Positions 63,381-64,000 of a DNA stretch of 64,000 bases are shown piece by piece. Each line of letters starts with the position of its first letter. Position 1 is the first letter of the stretch. The translations under genes and the position numbers were made by a program. The notes below the pieces were generated by a model. It saw only the letters and a program-made list of their open reading frames with translations. It was not told the DNA's origin and made no database searches. The stretch comes from Malacoraja senta (Eukaryota): contig CM075991.1 in NCBI GenBank assembly GCA_038087875.1, positions 8,868,001 through 8,932,000 of the forward strand, in the 5' to 3' direction.

Positions 63381-63840
63381 ATTGATAAAAAAAATACATC
63401 TCTTGATGCTCCTGAACACATCATCGGTGATGTAACCTGGGATTCATTGGGTGTTTCGGGTCTTTCAACATCAGACACCCTCACCCAGGCGACCCAGCCG
63501 TGGTTGATCAGACCACGACTTGTGTTCAGGTGGCATTCGCTCCTCCCCATGGACCTCCTCTCCTGATCCAGAGCCATCTCGAGGCTTTCTCCGCAGCCTC
63601 TGTGGTGTTCTTGATGGCTCTTGTCCTCGCCACTCCGTTGACGCCCAGTGCGCTCAAGGCTTTGTAGAGCGATTGCCCTGCAAAACCTCTGCAGCCAACC
63701 TCGATGGCCAAACACCTTGCCTTCCAACCCTGCTTACGGCAGTTTATGACCAGTTCTTCATACTTGGTCATCTTCCTCTCGTGGGCCTCCTCCAGACGGT
63801 CCTCCCACGGCACTGTCAGTACCAACAAGACGATGTTTTG
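63381..63840 (-). mobile_element. R2-Hero (HERO) non-LTR retrotransposon 3' end, restriction-like endonuclease domain
   Basis: LTVPWEDRLEEAHERKMTKYEEL..GWKARCLAIEVGCRGF..EAAEKASRWLWIRR plus 3' UTR. Confidence 0.85.
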
Positions 63841-64000
63841 TCATGAATCTCTCCGACCATGGTGCTTTGAGGGAAGAGACACAAAAAGCTGGAGTAACTC
63901 AGCGGGTCAGGCAGCATCATCTGGAGCAAAGGAAGAGGTGACGCTTTGGATCAAGACCCTCCTTCGGACTGAGAGTCAAGGGATCAGCCATGATCATATT

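Noticed and set aside
62599..63399. 266-aa ORF as an intact RT gene
   Set aside because: 5'-truncated CR1 C-terminus without the catalytic YADD region; its ATG comes from the adjacent HERO tail.

Overview
Eukaryotic, vertebrate-type DNA made mostly of transposable elements. The combination of HE1-like V-SINEs, CR1/HER1-type LINEs and DeuSINE-like relics points to a cartilaginous fish, probably a skate or ray (inference). I cannot support any host protein-coding gene, tRNA or rRNA gene, or CRISPR array. Every ORF with recognisable homology is a retroelement fragment: CR1, L2, Rex1/Babar, L1, Ingi/Vingi-like, R2-Hero or Penelope GIY-YIG. Other contents are Harbinger-type MITEs with 3-bp TNA target-site duplications (TSDs), a hAT/Charlie MITE, a 1-kb TAG..CTA element with a 7-bp TSD, long microsatellites, many nested insertions and several TE-free, TAAT-rich islands that could be enhancers. 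Three observations stand out. (1) A 191-bp TSD-flanked mini-retroelement (33206-33396) begins exactly at the predicted cleavage site of a complete HDV-like ribozyme fold and ends in a Vingi-type tail. (2) Seven GC-rich non-coding retroelements share a covarying RNA hairpin (six also share a 5' head) but carry 3' tails from different LINE clades. (3) Many Penelope-terminus fold-back insertions have inversion axes in or next to a minimal hammerhead ribozyme. All family names come from motif recognition by eye, not database searches, and boundaries of degenerate repeats are approximate.
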